Source: Leucoraja erinacea (Eukaryota). From it: 64,000 nt of DNA. A program made the position numbers and the translations under genes. The stretch lies in assembly GCF_028641065.1 (NCBI RefSeq), contig NC_073378.1:108252001-108316000 (forward strand). Direction: 5' to 3'. The notes beneath the pieces were generated by a model. That model saw nothing but the letters and a program-made list of their open reading frames with translations, was not told where the DNA came from and did not search any database. Below, piece by piece: positions 25,651-39,082 of the stretch (its first letter is position 1; each line of letters starts with the position of its first letter).

Positions 25651-26879
25651 TGTGGACACTATTTATTCAATATCTTAAAAAACGACATTTCATCCAATAA
25701 CATCTATCAGTTCTGACGATATTACTTTCTGCCTTTTACTCCCCTCCGTGCTAAACAGTGGGCTATGCATTGCAATTTGTCCAATATACGGACACTTGTT
25801 CCCCAAGAATATTTAAACCAACACTATCTACACGAGTTTTATGACCTATTTAGAAGGCAGTTCATCAAGTCCAGGCGTTCTTGTGGATTTTGAATCGTTA
25901 TTACGTTGGATTTTCCTTTGCTACACAATTAGGTTTTTGCTGCGTTTTTTTTGGGGCATAGCAAAATCGTGGTCATTATATGCTTCCTTTATGCTTTGTT
26001 TCGTTTTACTCGCATCTAACCATCCCATTATACAATGTTCCATTTCTTTTTCTACAGAATTGTATGTCTGGATTTCTTGCCCAGCTGCAGTTCTTGACCT
26101 TAATGGATTATACGACATGAATGTAGTAGTGAGGGAAAGTTTCGCTATTGTCCATATTGTCCTGATAACAGAACATATGATTTCAATTCTTACTGGCAGC
26201 AGCCCAACAGATATGTATAACATAGCCAACTCTTCCCTTCCCACTCTTATTCTTACTTGCGACCAACCAGATTCAGATCCTATAAGAGTAGACTGGAGAA
26301 ATTAGTTCATACATTTACAAGCACCCGCAATTTCATCGAAGGGATAACCGTTTTGGAAGAATTTATAGAACCCAATACAAAATTTTAATTGGTCTCATTT
26401 AAAGGTAATCGCAGGGAGAGACCAATAGAATGTTTTTTCTGTCATCAACCTTTAAAAGCTTGGACCAAAGGACACAAAATATTCTTGAAAAAAAGATTGT
26501 ACAATGCTGGTCTATGGCAAAGGCTCTCTACACAATCAATAATAAATTCGGAGATTGGGAAAGTCAAGGGAGGAAGGAAGTATAGAAATGATTTTCAATA
26601 AGGAGGATGAATTTTAGGTCCAGGACAGCAAGTTCTTGGAGGGGTAAAGATTGTCACAGACCTGTTGCGCTGACCATGGGTTTCCGTGCTTTCTGTTTAA
26701 AAGATTTCAAGTAACCCCAAATGGAGCTAATTATACCGTAGTAAGTCGCAGTCCAGCTCTAAATGATTTATCTCATGGTGACAAACAAACAGCTATGATT
26801 GTTTTTTTTTTCACATTTGCGAAAACCCATCCATAATGACTGAGGATTATTTCTGGTGTTCCCACTGCCGTTTTCCCTT

Positions 26880-27070
26880 TGTTTTTCATGCCGTAGTCTC
26901 TCATATGGTAGACAAGGGCCATCTCCAATGGTGCACTCACTCAGTATCACAAAAGTTACTACTCTTGGATGGGCAATGATAAATTATCGGCCAGGATCCC
27001 TATTCCCACTCTACAGACATGGTCATTGCTGCAAATGAAGAGTACCATGCCTGGAGCTTAGTAACAAGAT
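26880..27070 (-). CDS. Link/fibrinogen-like gene: domain 2, exon d (heavily frameshifted; 3' boundary approximate)
   Basis: ctacag| acceptor. Fragments SNDHV-RV, LADN-SLPIQ, APLEMA and RLR parallel ANDVVW...LPVQEVRFGDTHDLPIEMAFHRIGPLRC of domain 1. Confidence 0.6.
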
Positions 27071-29294
27071 CTGTAGCGCATAAAAAAACCCATAAATGAT
27101 ACACCAGATCAACTTGGTATATTCTTCCGACCTCAACCACCAGTGTTATACACCTAGAAGGATCTTAGCTCTTTATGACAAATCATTATCCCGCTGATCA
27201 CATACCTATGGAGCACTTCAAAAAAATTCCCCTCTTAACTTCAGTTACTAATTACGTTCTTACCTCTAGAATACTTTTAAACTACACCCTAAACTAACAT
27301 TCATGGAACAATAGCTCTGAATCTCGAAAGTTCACTGTAACTCGGTACCCATTGCAAAACTATACCTGAGCTCATGCAAGCCTGTTCCTTCAATAGGTTT
27401 CATGTTAATATCACAAAGAGAAAAATAGTATGTGGATCGTCCTCACCTATTTCTATTTAGTAATAGTTAACTTCCAGGTTTAATATGCTTTCTTCCCTCC
27501 TGAAAGCTCCAAATTGATTATCAGATGAATGTTTGGAGGGAATTTTGCATCGAACATAACCTGGCCTCAGGTGCGGGCTCAGTTTGGCCTCTTATCAGTG
27601 AGAGAGGGACTGACACATAGAGCTCTCGTTTCCAAGCAGGGGCAAGTCCTTTATAAAAATATACCGTTGCTTTTAGCAAAGATTTGCCAAACATTCAGAT
27701 ATTGTTATATTCCCAAAGACACACATGTTCCACATGTGAATTGTACTCCTTTGAAAGATTCACTATTGATCACTATTTAACCTCTGGTGCCCCTTGTCAG
27801 TGGAGTGGCGGTTCAATCCCTACCCCTATCCACAGGTCCTCCACCAGCCCCGCCTGACGGCACTCTACCTCCACATTCTATCTGTCCCGTCCCTACTCCC
27901 CTACCATCACGTCTGCAGAGTGGGTTTACGAAAAATTAATAAAATACTTTTAATGACCTACATTAATAACATTTATGCAAGGAATCTGTGAAACCACACA
28001 AAACGATTACTATTTCTGTACGGAAGCCCCAGAAGGGAAAACATTAAGTCACCAGGAGGGCAGGAATGCTATTCAAATAAAATTAACTTGTCTTATTTAT
28101 CTTTATTTATTTAAATATAAGGCATATTTCAGCTGCAAAGTTAGACTGATGAGCTTGCAACGCCGCTTTTCCCTTGAACCCAACAGATATTTTGAGGAGC
28201 ACATGACCCGAGGGCCAGTTTAGCTGGAGTTAGATAGAGGATCACGGTTTCCTAAGAGTACATGGAACAACACAAAATAAAGTCATAAGGAATAGAAGCT
28301 AGACAGCAATTAGGATATTCGGATCCCATTACAAGTTTCTACTCCGCTCATTCATCATGGCTGATTTTCTCCCTCCTAAACCCCCTCCACCCAATAACTA
28401 CCTCCGACACCTGTACTATCAAGAATCTGTCTCTGCCTTAAAAATATCATCCACAGCCTTCTGTGGCACAGGCTTCCAAGAGATTCACCCTCATTTTAAT
28501 TTTATAAGAGTACATACAGTGGTATCGTTTTACAGGTTCCAACAATTATGTGAACACATACACTTGGCTCTGTACAACTTTTTTTTTTTTTTTTTTTTTA
28601 AAGAGAGAAATAAGAAAGAAGAGACTGAAGATAAAAGGATACTTAGAGGAAAGTCTAGCGCAGCTGTGTGGAGTTCTAACAAGGAGGAAAAAAGAGATAT
28701 TGGGGGAAAATAAATGAATAGACAATTTGAAAAGGAAGCAGGAAGATAGCAAATCGTTCGCAAGGAGAGGGAGTGATTTTAATTATTGAAATATTTCGCC
28801 AATACCTGATTTCCCCACCCTCTGACTAAAGAAAGGTCTCCTCATCCTCCTTCCTAAAAGGATGGCCTTTATTCTGGGGGTATGACCTCTTAGCCTACGA
28901 CTCCCACATGTGGAAGCATCCTCTCGACATCCACTCTATCAATGTCTTTCACTATTCTGTATGTCTCAATGTGTCCCCCTTTATTCGTCTAAACACCAGG
29001 GTGAGTACATTAGTGGCCCAGTGACGGACAAACGCTCATCATAAGGAACCAATGGGAGCAAAGATTGAAACAATTGGGGACAAAAAGTTTAGGGCGTGCA
29101 ACATTACCGGGTTGTTTTTTTTAAACCAGAGAGTCATTTATGATCTGGAATTCACTGAGGATGGGGATGAGGGAAAACCAAAATCAACAGTGACGTGATG
29201 AAAACACTATAGGCAGAAAAAAAGGGTTCCCCATGGGTTGGAGAGAAGAGATAAGTTCAGGTTAACGAACCAAGTATTTGGCTGAGTCTGGCGC

Positions 29295-29422
29295 CTGTCA
29301 TTCCACAAGCACAAGCGTCCACTGTTGGAGGGTTGCACCTCCCTAGTGAAACATTCGCTTCCCACCCACGATGTCAACAGCCCCAGCCGGCTTGTATGAA
29401 GCGAATGTGGCGGACAGTCCAA
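29295..29422 (-). CDS. Link/fibrinogen-like gene: domain 2, exon c (frameshifted)
   Basis: gtacag|TTG GAC TGT. Reconstructs as LDCRHIRFIQAGWG..TSW.GKRMFH.GGAT.NSGR.CACGMTG (Caspr-type WGG...CACG). Confidence 0.75.
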
Positions 29423-29849
29423 CTGTACGTACACAATAGGAAATGTTTGGTCAGAGCAGCCAACAGCCATAAGCTTAATTAGCCCCAGTCTTTTTTTTTT
29501 TTCCCATGCTCAGTGTTAGTATTTCACAGTGTGATACAGTAGTTGGATTACCATCTGGGAAACATGTCAGGACAGGCAGGAAAAACACCAAAATCTGCCA
29601 CAATTCGCTAATGATTCTAAGACCCCTACCCACAAAATCCAAAATCTTGCTCAAGAATTAACGAACTGCAGTACAGGAAGAATAGCGAAAAACAATAGCA
29701 GGGATATTTGGCAAAATACTCAAGGTCAGCTAATATGTGAGAAAGAAGATTAATAGGTCAGTTTTCTACCCACTGCCACCTGATTTTTTGAATACTTTAG
29801 ATTTCAAAAGTAATAGGGGTTTTGTTCCCATTACCTAACAGGGGGTCAG

Positions 29850-30250
29850 ATCAGATTCAAACGTTATTGTCCATTGTGCAGTGTACAGTACAGAAGAGAG
29901 ACAACGAAATACAGTTAGCATCTACCCAGAAGAGCGAACATAGAATAATGAGCAATAAATATATATACGTAATACAGTCGTAGTTAGTAGTGCAATTTTT
30001 CTGGGGAAAGGGAGTGTCCGGGGGAGGGGGCGTGATGGCAATCACCGAGTTTTGGTACAGAGTTAAGTAATGTAACAGCCCGCAGGAAGAAGCTGTGTTC
30101 CTGGAACCTGCTGGCCCGGCAACGGAAAGAGGACCTGTAGCGACCTCCCGGATGGTAGGAGGGTAAACAGACTGTGTGGGAGGGTGAGAGTAGTCCTGAC
30201 GATGGCTCCACTGCGCGCCCTTCGCAGACAACGCTTTGCTATGGACAGAC
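29850..30250 (-). mobile_element. Rex1/Babar-like LINE 3' fragment
   Basis: HSLFTLLPSGR, SFFLRAVTLLN and a (gaatct)-like tail at about 29850. Confidence 0.7.
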
Positions 30251-30836
30251 TCAGTATTTTGTGGAAATACTTAATTGCCACAGTTGCAAAGATAGAGTGG
30301 TGGCTGAACAGGATCTAGTTTCTCCTGACTGTTGATGGTCGCACACAAACAACCTTATTAGTTTCCATATTTATTTTGAATTGGAACAAGCTATGCTTGT
30401 TTTTTAATCTTATTGAGAAATCAGAGTTAACTGCCAAACCCTATTAGGTGCCAGGGAGATTTGTGAGAGAGGGAAAAAAAACGGGGTTACTGGGGGGAAA
30501 ATTAGACAAATCAGACCATGATCAAAAATAATTAAATTGGGCGCTGAAAAACTATTAGAGAACCGATTGGAGGAAAATTCCTTTTTCCAGTCAGAGTTCG
30601 AGGGAATCAGAAGAATCGAAGGCCTAGACACGGAGTAATTAGTCAAATGTGTTCAGAAAAGTTTCCTCAAGCAATATGGAGAGGGGCTCTACAAGGGAGG
30701 AGACCCAAAGCTCGATTCTACTCTAGGAAATTGGGATTGACAAATGATGTCAGTGGCGAGCCTTTGGCGTCCAGTCACCACTTGTTCTATGTATTAAAAT
30801 AATTCAGTTAATTAAGTCCCTTGTCTGGTATCTCAC

Positions 30837-31001
30837 CTTCACAGAATACTTGTTCACAGGAGTCCGAAATAAGCGTCAGGGCATTTCAACTGGATCAGTT
30901 CTGCAGCATATTTGATCTTCCTGCTGTAACAGCAGCCCTGTCCCTCACAGGGGGCAACTCGTATGCGTCCTTCACTGTCATGGCCCACCACCGTTTTAGA
31001 G
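30837..31001 (-). CDS. Link/fibrinogen-like gene: domain 2, exon b (frameshifted)
   Basis: gtgcag|...AAG|gtgaga. Reads TVVGHDSEGRIRVAPCEGQGC-YSRKIKYAAELIQL-ALTLISDSCEQ-VK (Caspr-type TVVxHD...CEQ). Confidence 0.8.
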
Positions 31002-31438
31002 CTGCACCGACACATGACAGTCAGTGCCTCACCAAAAAACTCAAGGATATAATTGCATAAGTATTTTTGCGCGAGTCATTTTTGACTCTCTGCCCAGATG
31101 GAGTGTTTTAATGAAATTGTAGATCATTTAAATAATCCAGGGGATTTCCATTGATTTCGTGTCAGCCGATACGAGATAAAATTATTGTTTAAATTAATGG
31201 CCGATCGATCTTAGCAAATTTGTGTTTAGATATTAAACCCATGCTTTTTTTAGATCGAATGGTTGATCCAAGATTTTCAACGAAAGAGGAGAGTACAGAT
31301 GATGCGATTCATTAGAATGGTCTGTGCCTCTACCGGACTTTCTGTGCCCATGGTTTTGCTAGGCAACTCTTGAACATAATAGTAAGATTTGATTTATCTC
31401 AGTTTAAGATTAAGTATTTGCAAATAATACCAATTAAC

Positions 31439-31602
31439 CCACTGATGGAGGAGATGTCATGTCACAGAAGACTTGAAACTCCCTTGAATCCTGTTCCAAC
31501 TCCATCTGGATCAATGACATAGTGAACCCTGACAGCTTGGAATCCTGCCTCCTTCAAGGCGGTTGGGTGGCACATGGACTCCAGCACCGGCACAAGAGGA
31601 AC
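31439..31602 (-). CDS. Link/fibrinogen-like gene: domain 2, exon a (frameshifted)
   Basis: tttgcag|...GTG G|gttaat. Reads VPVLES..LKEAGFQ..G.YVIDPDGVGTG..EFQVFCDMTSPPSV (IDPDG...VxCDM signature). Confidence 0.82.
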
Positions 31603-31699
31603 CTGCAAACCACAGTCCCCCAAAACCCAACAGCGTCACCAAATCCCTGCAGGCCAGTTATCAGGTTGACTGGATCTACAAATTAATGCCATTGTTAGT

Positions 31700-31955
31700 T
31701 CTATATGTTTTTCACCCAGAGAGTTGTGAATACTGTTGAGATCTCTGCCCCACAGAAGGCAGTGGAGGCCAATTCACCTGGATTGGTATTCAAGAGAGAA
31801 TTAGATATAGCTTTTAGGGCTAACGGAATCAAGGGATATGGGAGAGGAAGTGGAATGGGGTACTGCCATTTTGGATGATCAGCCATGGATATTGAATGGC
31901 CGGTTGCTGTGCGTGGAAGGGCCGAATGCCTACTATTGCACCTATTGTCTATGTA
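31700..31955 (+). mobile_element. CR1 3' fragment
   Basis: ttcacccagagagttgtgaat...gatcagccatg...ctattgtctatgt, the same family as 63270-63670. Confidence 0.7.
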
Positions 31956-32539
31956 TCTCATTAAATTAGCAAAAACAGAATTATCAGCTGCCACATCTCT
32001 GCCATTAATCAGGTTTGCAAACTGGTCGGCAATAACATGTCAAAGGATTTGCATGTTTAATAAACTGTTCAGTGTACCAGTAAAAGAACAGGCCCAATCG
32101 GCCCATAAGTTTGTGTTTCGAACGATGGATGGGCCCAAGTACCAACTCTTTACTGCATGCACCGCAAATATCCCATATCCCTCACCCATTCTCCTGCATA
32201 TCCCATATGGTGTCCCTGCATATCCATACAATTACATGGGATACAGGGGCACAAGCTGTGCGAACGGTGGAACTAGTTAGGGCGACACCCGGGAGAGATG
32301 GTGGAGGGGAAAAGCCTGAATGCAGGAGTTACGTTGAAATTAGCGACAAATCAAAGGGTAGACACAAAAAGCGCTAGAGTAACTCAGCAGGTCAGACAGC
32401 ATCTTGGAGGAAAGGAGAAACAGGAATAGGTGATGTTTCTGTTGAGAAACCTATCATTCATACCACTTGGTTGTAAGCTGCACAAGAAAAATATGTGGTG
32501 CTGTTCCTCCAATTTGAATGTGGCCTCACTCTGGCCCCT

Positions 32540-33150
32540 CTTACCTTAAACCTTTGTCCTCTATTTCTTGATTCTCCCAATCTGGGGGAAGGACTGCATT
32601 AAATTTCTCTCATGATTCTTGTACACCTCTGTAAGATCACCCCTCAGCCTCCTGTGTTCCAAGATAATAAAAGTCCTAGCCTGCCCCGCTTTTCCCCATG
32701 GCTCGGCCCTTGAGTCCCCCGGCAACATTTCATCATTCATTTTCAAAGCCAGCCTTCTCAGTTTCATGACATTTCTTCCTACAGCACCTGTAGTGATCAA
32801 AACAGTACTACAATACTGCAAATGTGGCCTCACCAACGTCATGTACAACCATAACGTAACATATTATACTGACTTACTGATTGCCAATGTACCAATACCT
32901 TCGTAACCCCTATCTACCCGTGACGTCACTTTCAGGGAACTATGTCCCTCTATTCCAAGATCCTTCTGCTCTCAACACTCCCTAGGGCACTGCCATTCAG
33001 TGTGAAGATTCCTGCCTTGGTTTGACTTACCAAATACAACACCTCATGTTATCTGCATTTTAAACTTCATCGCCTTTCCTCAGCCCACTTGCCCAGATGA
33101 TCAAGATCCTGCCAACATTTTTTAGATAAATCATCGTCACTTTCGTGACA
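32540..33150 (-). mobile_element. Degraded CR1 RT C-terminal fragment
   Basis: YMTLVRPHLQYC and LEHRRLRGDLTEVYK. Confidence 0.7.
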
Positions 33151-33259
33151 TCACCTACTTTAGTGGTTTTGACTAGAAAAAAAAAGAACATAATCTCCAT
33201 ACTAATTTCTCATAACTATGCTTTTATCCAAATCACAATTAAGTGCCCTGCATTGTCAC

Positions 33260-33416
33260 CTTCGTATATGCTTGGCTGGCCTTTTGAATATTGATTCCAT
33301 GCAAGGGACGGGACCAGGCTCTTTCCAAATACCATTTTGTACACCATCCCAGGAGTCCCAATTGCTTGTGTCTCACATGTTTTCACCTCTTTCAAAAGCC
33401 GCCCCTCTTGCATGTA
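33260..33416 (-). CDS. Candidate linker exon between the two fibrinogen-like domains
   Basis: ttttatag|...GAAG|gtgaca; Cys/Trp-containing fragments TCK and VQNGIWKEPGPVPCMESIF; no single open frame. Confidence 0.35.
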
Positions 33417-35294
33417 CTATAAAATAAGATCACCTATCACAATGCTTTCACCTCAGTTAAGAGAGAAACAAAAACAATGCATTTCTGGATTTTTTTTTTT
33501 TAAACTGTGAAAATAACAGCACTTGTGAGATGGGGAGAACAAAATAACTATTACTCCAGAAGCTAATGGAAAGTTCTTCCACGCGAAATGTTAACTCCTT
33601 TTCTCTCCCTACAGATGCACTTGACCTGTTTGTGTTCTTCTAACATTGTCAGTTTTTATTTCATTTTCTCCGTAAGAAGAAGATTGCTATCATGTGCTCC
33701 TCTCTACCTGAACGGTTTACTCCCTCCCCAAAAAATGGTCTCACTCCTGGTTACCCTCCTGGGCTCGTGGCCATTACGGAAGTTCTTATATTAGCCTTTC
33801 ACACTATGCTGGATGCTGGTCTTCTTCTAATTGTGATCAATCGCCTTCCGCTACCCCAATCTCACTTCACTAGTGCAACTCTCGATATTCTATCAGTCGG
33901 CAGGATCATGAGGTGCGGATCAGGGGGCAGGATCATCGGATGGCTCATCCTTTCCTTCTCCCATAGGTGTTACAAACTGTGACAACATTTGTGGCAATAG
34001 TCGAAAAGTGGCACCCTCGTTCGGTGGACACTCGAGCCCAACATTAATTATTAAAGCGATAAATTACAGATAGTGATACCAGAGTGCAACTGAGTTACCG
34101 CCCGTAAATGAGTTGTCTCTTCGGAATATATAATCATTTTTGTTCTGAGAAATCGGGTGTAAAATTACCTTGTTACCTCAGTTCTATCATGAGTACTCCA
34201 AACTTTTCGGAGAAAGAAAAGGGCCTGTCACACGGGCATTTGCGCGCCATTTGTTCGACATCGTTGCCTGCCATCTTGGGCGTGGGTTTGAATGTTTCCG
34301 GTAGCATGGGTGCGCCATTGGTAGAGCTGTTGTGGGTAGGCAGTGCGTTGGTTTTGTGGCGCAGGTGTACTCTGTGGTCGCATGTTGAGTTGTAGTGTGG
34401 CTGCGAGTGGTCGTACGCAGTCGTTGCCCTAGGACCTGGCGATGCTGCATCGCGCTAATCTTGTGTTACGCAGCGTCGCCAGGAAGTTTCGTGCTGTACG
34501 AATGTGCACATTGCATCGTGGTTGCGCCACAGCCTGTCATGTAAATGATGAATGGCCATCAGTGGGACAGGGTGACGTTCGGGCGGGGAAAATCGAAGGG
34601 GTGACGTTTTTCGACGTCATACCGGGCAAGGCCCTTCTTCAGACTGAAACATAATCCATTCATTCCTCCAGAGATGCTTGCCGGGTCCTGCCTAGTCTGT
34701 GTTACTCATGCATTTTGTGTCTTTCTTCAATTTAAAACCAGTCATCTGCAGTTCCTGCCCATCAGATTAATTTGGTCATGCAGCGTGACTACTTTTCACT
34801 TCAACTCTTTTCTTGATTATAAGGGCATTAATTCTGCAGTTGCTGTCCAATGCTAGCCCCACCAATCAAGCAAAACTGCCACCGAACCTTAGAAAATCAC
34901 AATAAAATAATCATAAACTGGGTTAAAATATCATAAACTAGCTGGTATTCAAATATCGTAAGCGTCCAGCGAGCTGTTGGGTGCTCAGGGGTGACGTTTG
35001 CAATGGACCGCACTGATAGAAGCCGACCACGTCGCACTGTCACGCAGCGTCAGTCCTATTACCGGCCTAGTCACGTAAATGACGGCCATAGGTGGACAGG
35101 CCCTAAAGGATCTAAAAATAATGTAATTGCCATGGTAGCCCAAAGATAACCAACAAATAGCCTATAACGTGTTTAAATAGGAAGTAAACACAGAAGCCAA
35201 TTAAAACTGCAGTCTTTTTTGCATATCTTCTTGTTCGTTATCTCAGCTATATCACCATCTGATTTCTCTAATTCCCTTCCCCCTGACTCTCAGT

Positions 35295-35322
35295 CTGAAG
35301 AAGGGTCTCAACCCGAAACGTA
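35295..35322 (+). ncRNA. Minimal hammerhead ribozyme core in a Penelope-like terminus
   Basis: CTGAAGA-A-GGGT-CTCA-ACCC-GAAAC-GTA gives CUGANGA, stem II, GAAA, palindromic ACGT and an NUH site. Confidence 0.6.
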
Positions 35323-36957
35323 CCCTACTCCTCTCTCCAGAGATGCTGTCTGTCCCGCAGAGTTATACTCTCCACTTTTTCGTCTATCCCCAGCTTCCAG
35401 CTCTGTTCATTTCACTACTGACGCAAGACAAAAACTCGGAACAGATACAGTGCCTGGAAATCTGGAGCTAGAGGATTGTGCTTGAAAAAGGTACATGATT
35501 TGGAAAAAAAATTGATTCAATTCAAACAAAATATCATTGCATAAAATCTTTTGATAGTATGCAATACTAAACATAAAGAAAACAGAGAAGAGAAAGGCCT
35601 GCTGATCATATTTTTCAGATTATTACTACTTGAAACTAATTCAAGGCATCCGGGGATACTTGTCTTTCTTGTCTAGTCAGGGAGTTGAATACAGAAGTGA
35701 GAGGTTTACGCTCCAACTTTATAAAACCTTGGTCAGACCTCAGCTAGAGCATTGATGCTGCTCTGATCACCAATTTATAGGCAAGATGCATTAATGTTGG
35801 AGATTCATCAAAATATTACCTGCGATGGAGCATTTTAATCAGTAGGGAGAGATTAAACATAGAAACATAGAATTAGGTGCAGGAGCAGGCCATCGGCCCT
35901 TTCGAGCCTGCACACGCCATTCAATATGATCATGGCTTGATCATTCCAACTCCAGTATCCCGCTACCTCCTTCTGTCTCATACCCCCGGATCCCCTTAGC
36001 ACAAGGGCCACATCTAACTCCCTCTTTTAAATATAGCCAATGAACTGGCCTCAGAGATTAGGTCATGTTCTCCCAGGAGCAGGAGGTTAAGTGGGGACAT
36101 AATTGAGGAGTATAAAATGGCGAGATATAAAAAACACCCAGGTGATCAATTGTCCGAGTACACAGGTTCCAGGATCGCTTCCAGTCACGAGATCACAGTG
36201 AATGGGATTTGCATGCAATAATCAACAGTGTGCTGAGTGTTCGTAGGAAGTCCAGGATGTGTGTTCTCTGTCTGTGTATTTACAGGTACTCCGGGAAACC
36301 GGTAAGCCTGGTAAGCTCGGGAAGAGGCCTTCGTGAAGATAGACTTTTCAAACGTTTTTCTCAAAAATGTCCACGAGAGCCCCGTGTTACCTGCGACGCG
36401 GCCATTACAGTAAATCTCCAAGTTCGAATCAGGGCAAACTCAGGAGAATCTCTTGAATGAACTCGTACAGTGGGACAGGGCTTAAGGCTCTATGATCCCC
36501 AAGTCCAAGACTTTCCCACAGTCCCGGAAACATCCTCTCCACATCCATCTGTATCCAAGCCCTTCACTATTCGGTAATTTTCAATGAGCCGTCGTCCCCC
36601 TCATCTTTCTAAACTACCGTGAGTACAGGCCCAGGTGCCTCAACACACTTGTTTTGACATGGGGTCCCCTAACAGTAGCAAGTTTCGCTATGGGCATGTG
36701 AAGCCCCCCCTCTTCTGCGGGATATGCCGAGAGGGCTATGGACCAAGCACTGGTAAATGGGATAAAATCGTTTGGATGCGTCGCTGCCCCGTGATTATCT
36801 CTAATAGTCAGCTAACACCACTTCCTCTTACTAATCATATTTATTCAATATTATTACTTAACATGTCACGTTGAATTGCAGTCTAGTTCAACAAACTTGA
36901 AACGATCTGCTTGGATTAAAAAAAAGTCCACCCATTTGTTTTCCAAGAAAACCTTAC

Positions 36958-37150
36958 TCTGTTCCCAAAAACAACGAAGTGGACCAATCCTGTGAAATGC
37001 CATCTCAATTGGTAAATCGTGTGTGTCTCCAAACCTCACTTCCTGCACAGGAAGAACGGTTTTGTGCCCTCAGATGTCCTTCGTCTTGCTCCAAACAACA
37101 TCATTTGCATCACAATTGCAGGTGGAAAAAAGACCAAGAAGCACAGGTGC
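36958..37150 (-). CDS. Link/fibrinogen-like gene: domain 1, exon d (frameshifted)
   Basis: ccacag|GC ACC TGT...|gtaagg. Reads GTCAS...TCNCDANDVVW.QDEGHLR.KTVLPVQEVRFGDTHDLPIEMAFHRIGPLRCF, matching Caspr-type CNCDA...LPV...GDT...PLRC. Confidence 0.85.
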
Positions 37151-37905
37151 CTGTGGTGGAGAAAGGAAAAATATGTTGGGGCTTGTCTTAATGCATCAAA
37201 TATTAGAAACATTGTTCCTATTCATAACATTTCGGATTTATACATACATTAATTACTAACTATAATTTACCAGCTGACTGTCATTATTATCTCATAAATC
37301 TTTTACAGATCATACAATCACAGTTTTAAACAAATTCAACAGAGTTTTCATACTGCCTCAAGAGAAAGATAGCATTGTTTGCGGTTTTGGTTTTGCTGCC
37401 ATTTGCAACTTTCAGTCTGCTCCAAGGCTCAGAATCCCACCACACACTGGTCACATTTTTATTTAAGACAATATTATATCATGGCTGCCAGAGGCTTACA
37501 GGAGCTTATAACCCCTTACAAACAATATTTTAGAGACGGATTTTCCCCATCGCAGGTCCCCCTGGATTGGTCCTGATGTATCATGAATCATACTCATCTT
37601 CTAATATTATTTGAGAACCAAATAGCATGTTTTGGGTGTTGGGGGAAGGCCAGGAGAGCAATGGAGAATGAAGAGGTCTTAAGAGGCAGAGATAGCATCG
37701 ATTTCAGCATGAATGATCATGAATGGTTAGACTTGATGGGCCGAACTGGCCCTAATTCTACTCCTATTCCTTAAGAGTCATTTTTAAGCCTGTTGTCATT
37801 TAAGAAAAAATGAAAACAAGAAGGGAACGTCATGGTTCCAGACATTCACACAAAGAGGATGGAATTTTCTGTTTTTTTTTAATATGATTATCCTATAGCT
37901 CTTAC

Positions 37906-38047
37906 CACTTGTTTCCACATGCCACATTTTCCACTGTTAGTTGAAAGCTCCAACCCCAAGAGTTTATTTTACGTCCATCCTTTGACACCCACCAACCACA
38001 GGTGTCCCCGAGGAAGGAAGCGGATAATTGTGCGAGACGACTCCAAC
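37906..38047 (-). CDS. Link/fibrinogen-like gene: domain 1, exon c (frameshifted)
   Basis: Reads LE.R.IRFL..TCGWWVSKDGRKINSWG-GA-STNSGKC-ACG-TSG with donor G|gtaaga; the acceptor is corrupted. Confidence 0.8.
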
Positions 38048-38889
38048 ATATCCAGGACAAAGAGTATATAACAATTGTTTAATGAGATTTAAAGTTTCTT
38101 GAAACCATATCTGTCACCGTAGAACTCAGATGTAGCAGATAACTGTGTCTGAAAATTTAGTTTTCCTGTCCGTTTTAGGTACCTTGATGCGTATATTAGT
38201 ATTCTCTCAGAAATAAAGAATCTCAAAAGTCAAAACATGGAAAAACATGCTGAAGCTACTTTAACGCAGTCGTCATTACAGGGACTGTCAAAACTGCATC
38301 AAATACACGTACGTATAGGCTGCGGTGTCTCTAAGGTTATAATGGCAGCAAAATCATCACGTTCTATATTTGGAAGCCTCAACCATCAGACAAACATTGA
38401 TGCCCTCTGCCATTTTGAAATAGTTTTGAAGATGATCATTCAAACAACCAACCTTTTGCACCTTTTTGCCTTCAACTTGGAAAAAAATGAGAATAGTGGG
38501 CGAATATCTATAGAAGGGATAAGGGAGGCGACTGTTGAATAGATGACAACTGAAATACAACTGAAAACTGATTTAAAATTATTCTATAGTGTTTAAAAAA
38601 GGAAAGTTGTGGAGGTAAGTCGTAAAGTCTCAGCACTAAGCAGTAACCAATATTCTTTTTTTTTTTCTCGTATTCCTCAAATGGACCAACTGTTGTTTCA
38701 ATTTGCAGGTCACTAAAATGCAACAAAAGTAGTCAACAGGGATACAGGAAGAAGTAACCTGGGATTATTGAAAGTGATTAACACATCTTAATTAAAGATA
38801 CCAAAAATACACATGGAATCTGCAACAAACACAGGTCTTCAGTGCCACAATGCACATGAGATGTCAGTAATAACGTTGAATGACTTAGC

Positions 38890-39082
38890 CTGATATATTG
38901 TTCACACCAGGAGTTTCTTGAGATCTCCGCTCAATGCCTCTAAGTTATGATCAAAGTGATGCCTGATTTGTAAACTAATGATTTGGGAATGAGCCACCCA
39001 GTCCTCCTTCACAGGGCTTCCATGGTCACTACGCTTTCGTCCATTTCTCTTTTTATCAGTGAATATGACCATCACTGTGATC
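38890..39082 (-). CDS. Link/fibrinogen-like gene: domain 1, exon b (heavily frameshifted)
   Basis: ctgttaag|G ATC ACA GTG ATG. Fragments ITVM, PCEGG, GITL, LEALS, ISRN and CEQYI parallel exon b of domain 2. Confidence 0.6.
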
